DNA of 64,000 nt from Cetorhinus maximus. Its lineage: Eukaryota. The position numbers and the translations under genes are program-made. Location of the stretch: NCBI RefSeq assembly GCF_964194155.1, contig NC_135917.1, forward strand, positions 2,294,001 through 2,358,000, read 5' to 3'. Position 1 is the first letter of the stretch; each line of letters starts with the position of its first letter. This document shows, in pieces, positions 13,111 through 25,539 of this stretch. Below the pieces are notes generated by a model that saw only the letters and a program-made list of their open reading frames with translations, was not told where the DNA came from and did not search any database.

Positions 13111-14649
13111 CAATTTGCTGTAACCTCAGTAATCTCTGTCTGGTTCCAGTAGTACCCTAGAACTTTAATTGAAGGAGCGCAAGTCTGATATCCAATCTAG
13201 GATTCATAAAACAGCATCTCCGGTACCCAGGTTCACATGCTTTCTTAGGTAATACCTAGTGCTGCTAATTTGTAAATAATTTTTGATTTCGGACACACTT
13301 CATTCACTATTAGCTGGAAGGGGATATGTGTGAGCAGAAAGGGTTAGGAAACAAATGCAGGTTAATAGAATTAATGGGCACGGAGGTTATTGAGAATTGC
13401 TTTGAGAATTGGATTGACGGAATTGGGGTGTGTGGCTTCAGGCTGCATCTGTCGAGGGTGCCTCCTTTGGACTGATACTACGCAGTTGGTTTCCCTGTAG
13501 GCTTTTGGCAGAGGCGGGTTGTTGGGTGGGATTCAGGTGGGATCGGTTGGTTGGGGCACGGAGGACGTAGTTGCATTGCTGAGTTGTTTGGAAGAGATGA
13601 GTTTGCAGCCTGGTCAGTGAGGATCTGGGATTTTCATCACAGATTTGCATTTTTATATAATGTATTCCCAGAATATGTTGATCTATAACACGAAAACTTT
13701 AACAATTATATACTGAATGTTATCATGATGCTTTATTGCTGTTTTATTTTTGTTGGGTGTCTGGGGTCACGTTAATATGCAAGTGTTAAAATGGGGTCAC
13801 GGAGGAAAATAGTTTGGGAAGCACTGACTTAGGCAAAGGACCCTTTAGCTTTCTTTTTCAGCCCAGTTTATTGCCATGTACATCCCCCAAAACATTGCCA
13901 TGTACGTGGCCCCAGACTATTTCATCTATATTCCTTTAGATTATTGCCATGCATAAACCCCAATTTAGTTATCGAGCAGGACAAAGTCAAAGCAAAACTC
14001 TAAAGTATCAACACTGTAGCACTGAAGCTGCTGTACGAATGAACGTAGGAGTTAATTATCATTTTCAATTCCTTTAAAGTATGAGTTAGAGAACAGGATC
14101 TAGGGAGGGGATGAACAGGATAACAAACAACAAAATGGACCTCTTACCTGTCCATTGTCACTAATTTAGGAGTCCCTGGAAACGAAGCTGGGATAGCAGA
14201 GTTCTTCTTGGCAATTGGAAAACTCCCATCTACAATATTTGTGGACCACATGTGGGAGTCGCTAACAAAGGATAAGATTTATTATTAATAGAGTACAAGA
14301 TTTGACATTTAATCAACCAGCGATTGTAAGAACATATATAGCAGCAGGAGTGGGCCATAAGTATCAACCCATTAAGAGTTGCTGCTTCATTGGGGTTCTT
14401 CAATCTCAGAGCCTCTTGAACCAATCTGCACATGGAGATCACTGGAGATATGGTCTCACAAAGTCACACAGGTTAGCTCGACAGTCAAAATGTATGCACA
14501 GTGATCCAGATTGGGGGAAAAAATAGACAGACTGACTAACTGTGGAGAGCAACCGGCCGGGTTTGAATAGTGGAGTTTTGGGAATGTATAGATATTTTCT
14601 GTCTTTGTGGACCACTGAGGCTGAACCAGACTGTTCACAACCTCAATGT

Positions 14650-15458
14650 ACTATTTAAACCTAAACTGAGCTTTCAACCCTTTATCTTCTCTAAGACCAC
14701 CCACCAACACCATTGCCTGTCTCCACCTCTGCCTCAGCCCATCGACTGCTGAAACCCTCATCCATACCTTTATTTTACTGCCAGACTCAACTAATCCACT
14801 GCGTCCTGAATGCCCTCCCATCTTCCACTTCCATAAGATAAGGCTGAAGCATTTGCAACGATCTTCAGCCAGAAGTGCCAAGTGGATGATCCATTTCGGC
14901 CTCCTCCAGAGGTCCCAAGCATCACAGATGCTAGTCTTCAGCCAATTCTATTCACTCCATTTGATATCAAGAAATAGCTCAAGGCACTGGATACTGCAAA
15001 GGCCATGGGCCATCGCAATATTCTGGCAATAGTATTGAAGATTTGTGCTCCAGAACTTGCCGTGCCCCGAGCTAAGCTGTTCCAGTACAGCTACAACACT
15101 GGCATCTACCTGGCAATGTGGAAAATTGCCCAGGTATGTCCTGTATACAAAAAGCAGGACAAATCCAACCCGGCCAATTACCGCTCACCACCACCTTCTC
15201 AAGGGCCATTAGAGATGGGCAATAAATGCTGGCCTAGCCACCGATGCCCATATCCCGTAAATGAATTTAAAAACATAAACTTGAGATCATCCAAAGTTCT
15301 GCTGCCCATATCCTAACTTCTGCCGTCCCCTTCACTCATCACCACTGTGCTTGCTGACCTAATTGGATCCCAGTCCAGCAACACCTCAAATCCATGAATT
15401 CAAATCTCTCCATGGCCTTGTCTCTCCCAATCTCTGTAGCTTCCGCCACCCTACAATC
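14650..15458 (+). mobile_element. L2 fragment interrupted by an internally deleted CR1-like LINE (about 14836-15273)
   Basis: L2 motif AETLIHTFI continues after the insert. The insert encodes LKICAPELA...MWKIAQVCPVYKKQDKSNPANYR and has the tail gggcaataaatgctggcc. It is flanked by cataa on both sides. Confidence 0.7.
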
Positions 15459-15776
15459 TGTTGTAAGGGTTTGTTCAGTAGGTCTCATTAAGATTTTAGA
15501 GGCTTTTAAGGTTGAACTGTACTGCTTATTGGTAACACATAACTATTTACATACATACAAAGTATTAGCCCAAACTATGAGCTAACTCCATGCTTACGTC
15601 TACACAGGTCTCTGTATATTCCTAGATTGACCCAGGTCCCTTGTCATGTGACCGTTTGCATCATACTGTGGGCAGGACTGTTCTCCAGTTCCACATTAAC
15701 CCTTACTATGCCAAACACCCTAATACAACACCTCCGCCCAAGTCTTTACCCAACATATTCACAGTACAACCTTACT

Positions 15777-16515
15777 TTACGTGCTACCCTTTCTTGTCAG
15801 CAATTCCTTCTCCTGTTCCAGGCATTTTTCACGATACTTAATAGAAACTTCTGATACTTGAAGTTCATCAAGTTCGAATTGAAAATCTATCTTCATTTTA
15901 TTTGCTTCCACAAGGTTATCATTTAGGCATTTCGAGTCCTCTTTCAAGTGTTCTACTTCCTCTGAGTGACAGTCCACTGTTCTCATCAGTGTTCATTTTT
16001 CACTAGCAAGCTCATCTTTTGTCCATGAATGTTTCATGAACAATTCTTCCTTAACAGAGCCTAATTCCTCCGTGCTATCCTTCAAGCTTGTGTTCTGTAA
16101 TTGCACCTCTGCTAATTGTTTCTGAGATTCTTGATGCTCTTTTGTGAGAACTTCTACTTTCTCTTGCCATTCTAGATTCTTGATTTTCATTTCAGCCATT
16201 TCATTTTTCAACAACTCAATGGTTCTCAGTAAGTTTGAGGCATCCAATGCTTTTCCTTCTAGCTCATTGATCTTCACTGTCGGATTTACATTTTCCGATC
16301 TTATTTCAGTCTTTTCTTTCTCCATCTGCAGCATAGCTTTTCCCTTGACCTTCATTTTGGTATCACTGTTGCCTGGGTTTGCCTCTGGCGAAGTCTTGTT
16401 TCAGTTCTGTAATCGTGCTACGCATAGCTTCAGTATCCGCTTGCAGCTTGGAACGCTCTAACACTTTACCCTCAATCAGAGCCAGATAACTTAGCTCTGC
16501 CACCTGCTGTTGCAT
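15777..16515 (-). pseudogene. disrupted coiled-coil ORF inside the LTR element
   Basis: ORFs 15993-16355 and 15777-15986 are in the same frame, separated by one stop. They are E/K/L-rich with a heptad-like pattern. No gag, RT or integrase motifs. Confidence 0.6.
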
Positions 16516-16720
16516 AAAAGCAAAATACTGCGGATGCTGGAAATCTGAAATGGAAACAGAAAATGCTGGAAAAACTCAGCAGGTCTGGCAGCATCTGTGG
16601 AGAGAGAAACAGAGTTAACATCCAACAGCTCTGAAGAAGAGTCATACAGACTCAAGACGTTAATTCTCTTTCTCTCTCCACAGATGCTCCAGATCTGCTG
16701 AGTTTTTCTAGCATTTTCTG
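16515..16720. mobile_element. Penelope-like terminal palindrome with a degenerate hammerhead core
   Basis: ~62-bp inverted arms (16557-16619 and 16659-16720) surround ctgaagaagagtcatacagactcaagacgtt. Confidence 0.7.
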
Positions 16721-17417
16721 TTAGAATGCAAAGTGCTGGATATTGAAACAATGGCTGCCACAGACAGACCCACCCAAAACCCCTTGGAAATACACAATAG
16801 GTGAAGTATTTCAAGCCAGGTTCCAGCCACTTCAGTGAGATTGTAAGGAAGCTTTCATCAGAGGAAACAAGCTGAGGGCTGCTGCTCTCTCCCTCTCTCT
16901 CTCTTTTAGAACAAGTGCATTACCCGGTTCCAAAGCCAGCTTTACTAGAAACCTACCAGCAAACTGAGATCTTGTAATAATTGCAACATCTCTTACATCT
17001 GACTGTATGCATGAAACTAGCTAATCCAAATCAGCTGCAACATTTAAAAATCTATGCCTCAAGGACAATCAAAGGACACTTAACTGTATATTCTTTTAAC
17101 TTTGTAAAAATTGAATTCTAACTTCCCTTATCTCTGAAACCTGTATGTGTGCATGGGCCTGAATGACTGCATGAGGGCCAAATGCCTGAATGCTATTATT
17201 TTTTCTCAGATTTAGTGGTTAATAAATTTGTTCTTTCTTTAACTCAGGAAAACCTTGTTTGATTGGCTCCTTATTGTTCACAGCACAAATAGTTAATTAC
17301 ATTCTGATTTGGAAAAGGTATATGCTTCTGAAAAAGAAACTTAAACCCTTGTTGTGACCAACTGAGGAGATTGAATGAGGGGAGCCAGTTCACCCCTTCT
17401 TACCTGGTCATAATAAC
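16719..17417 (+). mobile_element. nested solo-LTR-like insertion
   Basis: tgtta...taaca ends, AATAAA at 17221, and it interrupts the coiled-coil reading. No TSD found. Confidence 0.45.
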
Positions 17418-19139
17418 AGTAGATTATTCTTTTCCCATTCAGCCTTTTTTTTCTTTTTGGGGTTTTGCTCAGCCTTTTGTGATCTGGCTAGGTCCTTTGA
17501 CTCTGTGTTCGATCAGGTCTGGCAATGGAGCTTTCTTTTAAGCGATCTCCAGCTGTGTCTTCAATTCAGGTGTACTTCAGTCAGGTCAGGACTTCTGTTT
17601 CTTTAGTTTTTCATGCCTTGAAATTACAGGGACCTACTCTAGCTTCTTCCATTCTGGGTTTGTGCATTGCCTACTACTATGTTGTAAGGGTTTGTTCAGT
17701 AGGTCTCAGTAAGAGGGTTAGAGGCTTGTAAGGTTGAACAGTATTGTTTATTGGTAACACATAACTATTTACATATTTACAAAGTATAGCCCAAACTATG
17801 AGCTAATTCCATGCTTACTTCTACACAGGTCTCTGTATACTCCTAGATTGACCCAGATCCCTTGTCATGTGACCATTTACATTATACTGTGGGCAGTACT
17901 GTTCTCCAGTCCCACATTAACCCTTGCTATGCCAAACACCCTTATACTACACAATCCTTCAAGGTCTCTGCCCCCCTCCAACTCTGGCCTTTTGTGCATC
18001 CCTAAATTGTATGTGGCCTACGGAAAGAGCTAATGGGCTAGGTTTCCAGTGCTGAATAATATCTAGAGATCATGTGATTAAGCATTAACAATGTGGTTCA
18101 AAAAAAACACTGAATCCAGGGTAGCCTGATATATTTTCTTATTGTTTTATTTTTCCTGAAATGCTGTTGGGTGTTCTGATACATGCAAAGTAACTATTGT
18201 TCTGTGGGACTAGGACTAGTTTCTCCTTTTAAAGTTGGACACTTTCGTTTCAGAGTCTAAGGTGCAGTTAGTGGGGCTGTTGTTTTTGATATCTGGACCT
18301 CTGTTCCAGCATTGATGCATTCTAATTGCAACCTTTCTTAAATATTTGTGTCATATATAATATGAGTGAAAAATAAATCCGGCAAAATCTATTTTTGTAA
18401 TATTCTGTAAATAAACTACATGTGTGTATTTGAGGCAAATTACTAAAGACGTTTTCACTGGCAGAAAGTTGCTGTTGATCTGCTTCAAGGCAACTTCCTC
18501 TAGGGATTTCCCAGTCTTTCTTTAAAAATGACCTTTATTGATGCTGTACAGGATTGTTGTTGGAATCTCAGCCTGTACCTGCTGCATAGAGCAGCAGTGT
18601 TTTAAGTAGTTGAAGCTTTGAGTACAGCATTGCTGAAATGTGCAGCTGCACAATGTATGTCCTTTCATGGCAAATAGTGGCCAAATCTGAACTAACAAAC
18701 CACTTGACTCTTATCTTTAAAAAAAGGAAACTGTATTTATAACAACCTAATCATCCAGTAATTTCTGTTTTATATAAAAAAACCTCACTATGTGCCAGTC
18801 ACACCACTTAAAGCTTTTAATGATGTGTAGGTGTGTTAGGGGTGCCTGACAAGACCATACACACTGGGAGCTATAAAAAACAAAATGTGGAATTCAGAAA
18901 ATTCATTCTCCCAATGTATTGTGTGTACATTTACGTAAAAATATAAGAAATAGGAGCAGGTGTAGGCCACCTGTCCCCTCGAGCCTGCTCTTCCATTCAA
19001 TAAGATCATGGCTAATCTTCTACCTTAACTCCACTTTCCTGTCCTATACCCACGTGATAATGAGCACTCTGCGGACTAGATTTTCCTATAAACTGTAATC
19101 TTAAAGGCTGATTTTTCCAATGTCTTTGTTCAGGGATGA

Positions 19140-19239
19140 TTATGCATTCCAAATAAAGCCACTTTTTGATGGCAATCTGTTACTGTTGTCAGGGTAACCT
19201 GGGATAGACTGGTATGAACCTGATGCTTTATGATTTTGG
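19140..19239 (-). CDS. FAM186B: FAM186-like, tentative terminal coding exon 7
   Basis: Acceptor ctcttatcatttatgtag. Phase 2 matches the donor at 20495. Encodes QNHKASGSYQSIPGYPDNSNRLPSKSGFIWNA*, with a GYPD..RL resembling the G(Y/H)PDIPRLL near the FAM186 C-terminus as recalled. Confidence 0.35.
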
Positions 19240-20494
19240 CTACATAAATGATAAGAGCAAATATGAGCAGTCTTTATCACTGCACCACCAAATCAAAGAT
19301 TGACAACAAACTGTGTTAAATAACGTATTACTACACTGAGCACTAAGGAACACAGCTAACAACTACTGCAGGTCATATTAGCACTTGACTACCACAAGAC
19401 ACATGTTCATGTGTAACAAAGACTGTCTTCTAGTCGGAGTCTGCATGGAGCAGGCTGTATTAGGTCCCACTTACCTTTATTTCCATCTTTATATAAGTTA
19501 ACATCCTGGATAACATGACCCTATCAGAGGATCCCAGTAATCCCACAGTGAGTAGTGCAAATGAGGGCTCAGTAAAACTTTGTCTTCTTTGTCCCTTTCT
19601 AGGATTCAATATGGTCAGTGGTTTAGCTCAAGTCCTAACTTAATCCTGTTGTCCTCTTTTCCCCATCAGCTTTACAGTTTGGTAATGGTTGTTAAGTCAA
19701 GAAGGTAAGGAATAAGAAGACCTACGTTTGAAATTGCATTTGCAATCCTACTTGGGTTTTCCCCATCAGGCTGTGTTGGATTAGCAACCAAATTCTACCA
19801 GGATTGACCCTAAGATCCGTTTCTCTCCTCTTCTTCTCCAAAGGTCCACCATCATAGCAAAGGAACAAGACAGGAATAAACCATTAACAGCTCTCAAGCA
19901 ATGAATCTCAACCTCTAGTGTGGAATGGGTTGGCTGTGCACCCATCAGCTTAACGACCTTAATCCTTCCTCTTTGGCACTTCATCGGTAAATGGATTCGT
20001 TTACCATGCTGGGGTCTTTTGCTTACTGCAATCACAACAAGTATTGAATGTTCTTTGGTTAGGTAATGCAGTTAGGTTTCAGTACAATGCAGGTCTGCCC
20101 CTACAACAACAGGGCGACATACTCAGCCACATTTCTTATCAAATGCCTCTCTTATATCCACTCTATGCTATCATTCGTAAGCAGGGTACATTCACTTTTC
20201 TCTAGCTTGGTTTACAAAGCTACTGCATACTGCCCATAAAGTGGTGGTCTGCTGAATCTGATTCAAGGAGGAAAGCTGAGAACACCCATGCACAAACCAT
20301 GCCAGGGGTCACCATGACCAAGCCATGGGTCCACTTAATGGAGCAATGCCTATCCAAGGTCACTCATCCTGTTGCCCTATTTGCAGTGGAAACACGAAAG
20401 TGTCCTAACATACTCTGTTTTTGCCATAAGAAAGGTGAGGCCTATTTAGCATTATTCAGTTGAAATTCTTAAAACTGTAAGACTGAACTCATAC

Positions 20495-20670
20495 CTCACT
20501 CTAAGAAAAGCTGAAGACGCACAGTTGCTTTGACCACGAAGATAACACGGTCTATTGGATGCTATCAAAAACGTCGGCTGAAGGGGGTACCTGAACTGCT
20601 TCCTAGTCCTTGGATTTGTTGGTTTGGCCAGAAATGGACTAAACAAGTGTAGGCCAACATGGTGTTTAAG
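20495..20670 (-). CDS. FAM186B: FAM186-like coding exon 6
   Basis: Acceptor ttctttttaaag, phase 0, LKHHVGLHLFSPFLAKP...SSAFLRV. Donor gag|gtatga at 20495, with an alternative aga|gtgagg at 20500. Confidence 0.65.
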
Positions 20671-21290
20671 CTTTAAAAAGAATATGAATACAATGGTAAT
20701 AGACTTTTATTTTTGATCTTTCCTCCTCAAGACAGTGACTATTGCTGGGTTACATTACATAGTTTCCAGCTACCCTCTGATATCCCACCCAAGTAGTCAC
20801 TTTAATGAGCAGCTGGGGCCAGAAGATGGGTAGATAACAACACATCCCAGCTATACCCGATATAACCTCCTTCCCCATCCACACATGAGAACAGGGCTAG
20901 GACATTTAACCCTTCGACCCAGTTCTGCCATTCTATTAGATCATACTAATAGATGTAATTGAGTAGATCTTCCAGAGTTCCCAACTCAACCTTTTTGCTG
21001 CATTGAAGTACAAGGGAATATCAGAGGGGGAATCATTCCTGAATTGTTTGCTTCCTTGTGACACTTTTCACAAGGGCTTGGATCTTGGAGGATTCCAGCC
21101 AGCTGTGGAGGCTGTGTGGCTTGGGGATATCCGATTGGGCAGAAAGGATGAGGATGACTGAAAAACGAGAGACTATTGCCTCCACAGAACCAACAAGGGT
21201 TATTAGTGGGGTTAAAAATGAAAAGCTAAACTCATGAATTAAACAAAACAGATTGTACTAAATGTACATCATCCTAAAATCAGAACACAC

Positions 21291-21480
21291 CTGATTGAAC
21301 AAGTCAGTCATTCGATTCAAGTGCCTTTGGCGACTCTGATTAACTAGTTGCTGTCTTGCATCCCAGTGCTGCATGCTGGACTTTACACGTGCTTCAAGCC
21401 TGTTGGCAAATCTGTACAGATCCTGAGCAACCGCTTCATTGTTACTGCTAACATCAGACATCCTGCTGTTCAAATAATTT
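21291..21480 (-). CDS. FAM186B: FAM186-like coding exon 5 (conserved C-terminal domain)
   Basis: Acceptor tttctttctcctttaag, donor cag|gtgtgt, phase 2 to 0. AQDLYRFANRLE...QHWDARQQLVNQSRQRHLNRMTDLFNQ resembles the FAM186 AQNLYIFLENID...W..KQ...CL..M..MF segment. Confidence 0.85.
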
Positions 21481-22839
21481 CTTAAAGGAGAAAGAAAGAC
21501 ATAAAGATGAATAAATGAATCTGACCCTGCACTTTAGATGCTCCTTTGCCACCATTTTCTGTGGTATGTTCCCAACCATCACCTTGTGCTACAATTGGGC
21601 TGAATGACAGCACTTTATTTTATCATTCTTCCTTCTCCCTTCCTCCTGGCAAAGTGACTGAGACCAAGCATACACTGGGCAAAGAAATCCAGGGGGAGGT
21701 GCCAACGAAATTATTCTCCAAATCCTTTTTCAGACTTTCTTTTCTTTTCTCTCCTCATCTCCCAAAGACCCAAACTCGGAGTGGGCTTTAGTCCTAGGTG
21801 TCTCCAGCACCAGACTGAAGCCAATCCTGACCTTAGGCAATGTTCATGCACTTAACAATTCCCAGCTAAAATCACTGGACAGCAGTGGAAGCAAGAACAC
21901 TTGCTAATTTTTCTCTTCTCTAGCCAAGCGATGTCAAGGTCCACTGTAGCACGCCAGGACTGGCCCTGGCTGAAATCAGCTAACTGTGCACATATTGGGA
22001 ATAAACCATGGGAGCTTCCTGGTCTGAATGGCTTAATACTACACATGACAGTACTTCAGAACATATGAATATAGAAGTCAAAGAAGAAGCCCATTGAAGC
22101 TCATCTCTTTCATACACTATCTTAACATGAACTCAATTTTGACGTTTGTTCTTTTTGTTCTAATATCTTGCCTGGTACTCACTAAGAGACTGAGCGAGCT
22201 CGTATTTTTTTTCAGCAGAATATGGTATGAGTGCTATAGACAGCCAAGATCACCATGAGCCTGTCACACAGAGCTAGCAAAGTAATTTAATAGAGTTTAC
22301 ATTAGATCTCTGCTACAGGAATGAAGCTTATTGCTTAAATCTATTACCACTACTCCAGTGGGTAAATACAATATGGTTCTGAGCCATGCAAACTAGTAAA
22401 GTCCCATGTTTGATCCCTAATCAGTGCTCAGTGAGTTGATGTCACGTAGGGCAATAGTAGGGTGCTGCATCAAGTAGCATCAGCATCCTTGGGCTCAGGA
22501 GGGAAAAAATAAACAGCCTGGAACCTTGCCCCTGATTAATATCCAATGATAGGTAGATGTTGGGTAAAAACAGAATTTGGTTTGGCCATAATTCATAGTC
22601 AAATAGCCTGCTAACAGTCAAGACTAGATGTCAACTTAATGTCAGCAGTAATCTATTTACTACTGTTACGTCCATTGGAAGATCTAAGTATCACTGTTTA
22701 AGCTCACTTGAAGAACAGGAATAGATGAAGATCTGGACATTTGCTGGAGCCACATACGAGAGTAAGTCACTTTCTTCAAGAGGGAGAAAATTGAGGGAGA
22801 AAATCTGTAATATTCCCATTTCTAAGACAGAAGTTCTCA

Positions 22840-23230
22840 GAAACACCCCAAAGCACGTCATACACGATGGATTGCAGTAATTGCTGTTACATGGCTAAAC
22901 ACAACAGCCATTTTACCGACAGCAAACAGCAAAGTCCTACAAGCAGCGATGTAATGCTGAATGATCAGTTAATCTGTTTTTTTTTAGTGTTTGTTGATTG
23001 AGGGAGGAATGTTGGCCAGAAAAACACCCTTCTTTACTTCAAAGAGTACCAGGAGATCTTTACCGTTCTTGGTTTTAACAATTCGTCTGATGGATGGCAC
23101 CTCTGAGGAAGCAGATCTCCCTCAATACTGCACTAGGAGTATTGGACTGGATTATATGCTCAAGTCCTGCAATGGGGCTCGAACCTACAACCTTTTGACT
23201 CAGAGGTGCCTCAATAAGCCAAGCTGACAT
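22840..23230 (-). mobile_element. Deu-domain SINE
   Basis: tRNA-like head on the minus strand (gtaggttcgagcccc), Deu core and L2-like tail. Confidence 0.7.
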
Positions 23231-23409
23231 TCTCATGGGAAAGTTGTCAATTTCTGACTGATTTCAAACATCCAAAATCAGCATTTGTACTGATATGCAT
23301 TATGAGTTTATGCTCATTTAACCCAACAAGAACTTTTAGTGAAAGGTACAATAGTCTGGTCAAATTGATATCAGCTACTTTTTAAAATTAATGACAGGTA
23401 TGCATCTAC

Positions 23410-25336
23410 CTAACGGTTTGGATATGACGGAAGGTGATGTACTTTCTGAACAGGTAAGCCAGTCGAAGCTGAACTGTAGTTAATGTTTGATGAATAAGGT
23501 GTGTTGCTATGGCATGGAGTTGTCTGGAAATTATACCATTATACACTGCTTGGTCCAAAGTTTTATAATTTTTTCTTAGGTATGTCACATTTACGATATA
23601 TGACCCATCCACAATGTTTTCGGTATCAGCAGCCTGGAAGACCTTTCCCCTGGATTGTGTTGTTCTTTCTATTATCTCTGTTGCCATATTGGGCAGAAGA
23701 ACTCCTTCCTTCTTACCATGTTCTGCCTGTAGTTTAATTTCCTTTCCTTTAAGCCCAAGGACGCTGTTGATAGAGTATAGATTCTTGGTTGTCTCTCGAA
23801 TCCTGATTAACTGATCCATTCCAGCCTGAGAGGACATTTTCTCAAGCGTCAGAACTGTGTCCAAGGCTTCCAGGGTCTTTTCATAGAAGTGGGCTTCTTG
23901 CTGGGACATATTTTTGTTCTGTTTGGCCTCTTCAATGAAATACTGAATTTGGGCACTTAATTCATCAAGTGCAATCTCTTGAATAATACTGAATCTGGAA
24001 ATTTCTTCCAGAAGTTCAGCAAAAGTCGTAAATTCAGGTTGTTTATCCTTCGATTTCTCCACTAGGCTTTCCTTTGATGGCTTTAATACTTGGATTTGTT
24101 GCTCACTGACCTCTTGCTTGAAGTTCTGCCTTGGCTTGGAAAATATTTCTTTGATTGTTTTCTCAATCACTCCATAAACGTTTTTTAATTCAGCAGACTT
24201 GAGAAGAGCTTGGACTTTACAGACATCATCAGGTGAAAGTTCTTTGCCACTGCTCAATCCATGATCCAGCGAATACAAAACAGCAGTTTGAAAATCTGTG
24301 AGCAAGTCTACAACTACCTGCTTAGCCTTGGTTTTTAAAGCTTCTTCTTTCCGAGCTGATGCCCTCTGTTTCTTTCTTCCATTAGGATTAGATTTATGCA
24401 TCTTACCATTCACTGCTTCATTAAGAACCTTCTCCAATTTGGGCTGAGTTGTGGGAGAAATCCTTTCATTGGACACTTCTGTGGGAATATTTTCCCCTTC
24501 AGGTTCTCCAAAGGGTATGTTTTCTTCCTTGGATACTTCTAGGATAGCCCATTGTTTCTGAGGTTCTCCAAAGGAAATATTTTCTTCTGTGGATTTTACA
24601 GGGACAGTCCTTTGACCATCAAGTCTATCATGTCCATCAACAAGAATATTTTTGTGCTCCTGACTGAAGGGATAATTCCCCCTTAGACTTTCTACAGGAG
24701 TGATTTTGTCGTTTGATTTTTTCAAAAGTGTGGTTCTTTTATTTATTTTGGGCACCTGCTTTGTTTTTATTTGCAAATCTTCAGATGGAGAGAAATTTTC
24801 AGAAGTGATTTGCTCATGAGAGGGTGTTTTCTTAGCGTTTTGTAGCTGTGCAACTTTGGACCTCAAGAGTTTAATGGTGTTTTCCAGATTATAGTTAGTG
24901 CTACATGCTTCCTTGTAATGATGTTCCGCTAATTCAGCTCGTGTTTTAAGTGCACTACTGTGTTCTTGAAGATGTTTTAGCTCATTCACCAAGTTATCTT
25001 CAAAACCCTGGGAGCCAAATGAGTCTGACTTTCTCAATTCATTTTCTACCTCAAAATATTCCTGTGACCGACTGTGAAATGCTTTGTGAAGATTCTCTAT
25101 GAATTTCCTTATGTATCTGAAGGCAATTGTCTGGGCTTTCTTGCAAGGAAGAGATTTTGTGATGTCTGTTAGTATCATATCAATCTCTCCCACTACTGCG
25201 TCCAACTGTTTTGCAATGTTCGGTTCCATCATTTTCGCTGTACTCATTGGCTGCATATCCAGAAGATGCATGAGTGTTTTGGGATCCATCTTTTTCTCCC
25301 TCCACCATTTCAAAATGGTACCTTTACCACCAGGAC
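23410..25336 (-). CDS. FAM186B: FAM186-like coding exon 4 (1927 nt)
   Basis: Acceptor attctttgcag, donor tag|gtagat, phase 1 to 2. Open 641 codons: KGTILKWWREKK...AFRYIRKFIENLHKAF, a coiled coil, and ...RLAYLFRKYITFRHIQTVR. This matches recalled FAM186 N- and C-terminal motifs. Confidence 0.9.
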
Positions 25337-25539
25337 CTGCAAAGAATCACAGGGTAAGACCAATTATTGCACACTTTATTATGTTTTATGCTTCAAAACT
25401 TTTTGACAGTGTTTAAGGTATATCAATACCAATATCAATATAAGTCTTTCTCTTTCTTTCCATCAGAATTGGATATTGTGCAATTTCATGTGTACTCTGA
25501 ATGATTTTAACATTGTGCAATGCAACTTACTAAATATCA

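Larger units (their letters stand above)
11455..13826. mobile_element. hAT (Charlie-like) non-autonomous element carrying a histone H3 fragment and a nested CR1
   Basis: TIRs cagcggttcccaaact (11455) and agtttgggaagcactg (ending 13826). Flanks actcaggt and acttaggc are a 6/8-matching 8-bp TSD. gggtca motifs lie near both ends. Confidence 0.75.
15459..17951 (-). mobile_element. non-autonomous LTR element with two ~272-bp LTRs and a coiled-coil internal ORF
   Basis: LTRs 15459-15730 and 17680-17951 (TG...CA, highly similar). 5-bp TSD caatc on both sides. PPT-like gggcggagg and degenerate PBS tagtagtagg on the minus strand. Confidence 0.9.

Noticed and set aside
19585-19780. plus-strand micro-exons with 55-65 nt introns
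   Set aside because: Introns are implausibly short for a vertebrate and give no coherent peptide.
21800-22620. inverted pair of old tRNA-like SINEs as a dsRNA source
   Set aside because: The copies are too diverged for extended pairing.
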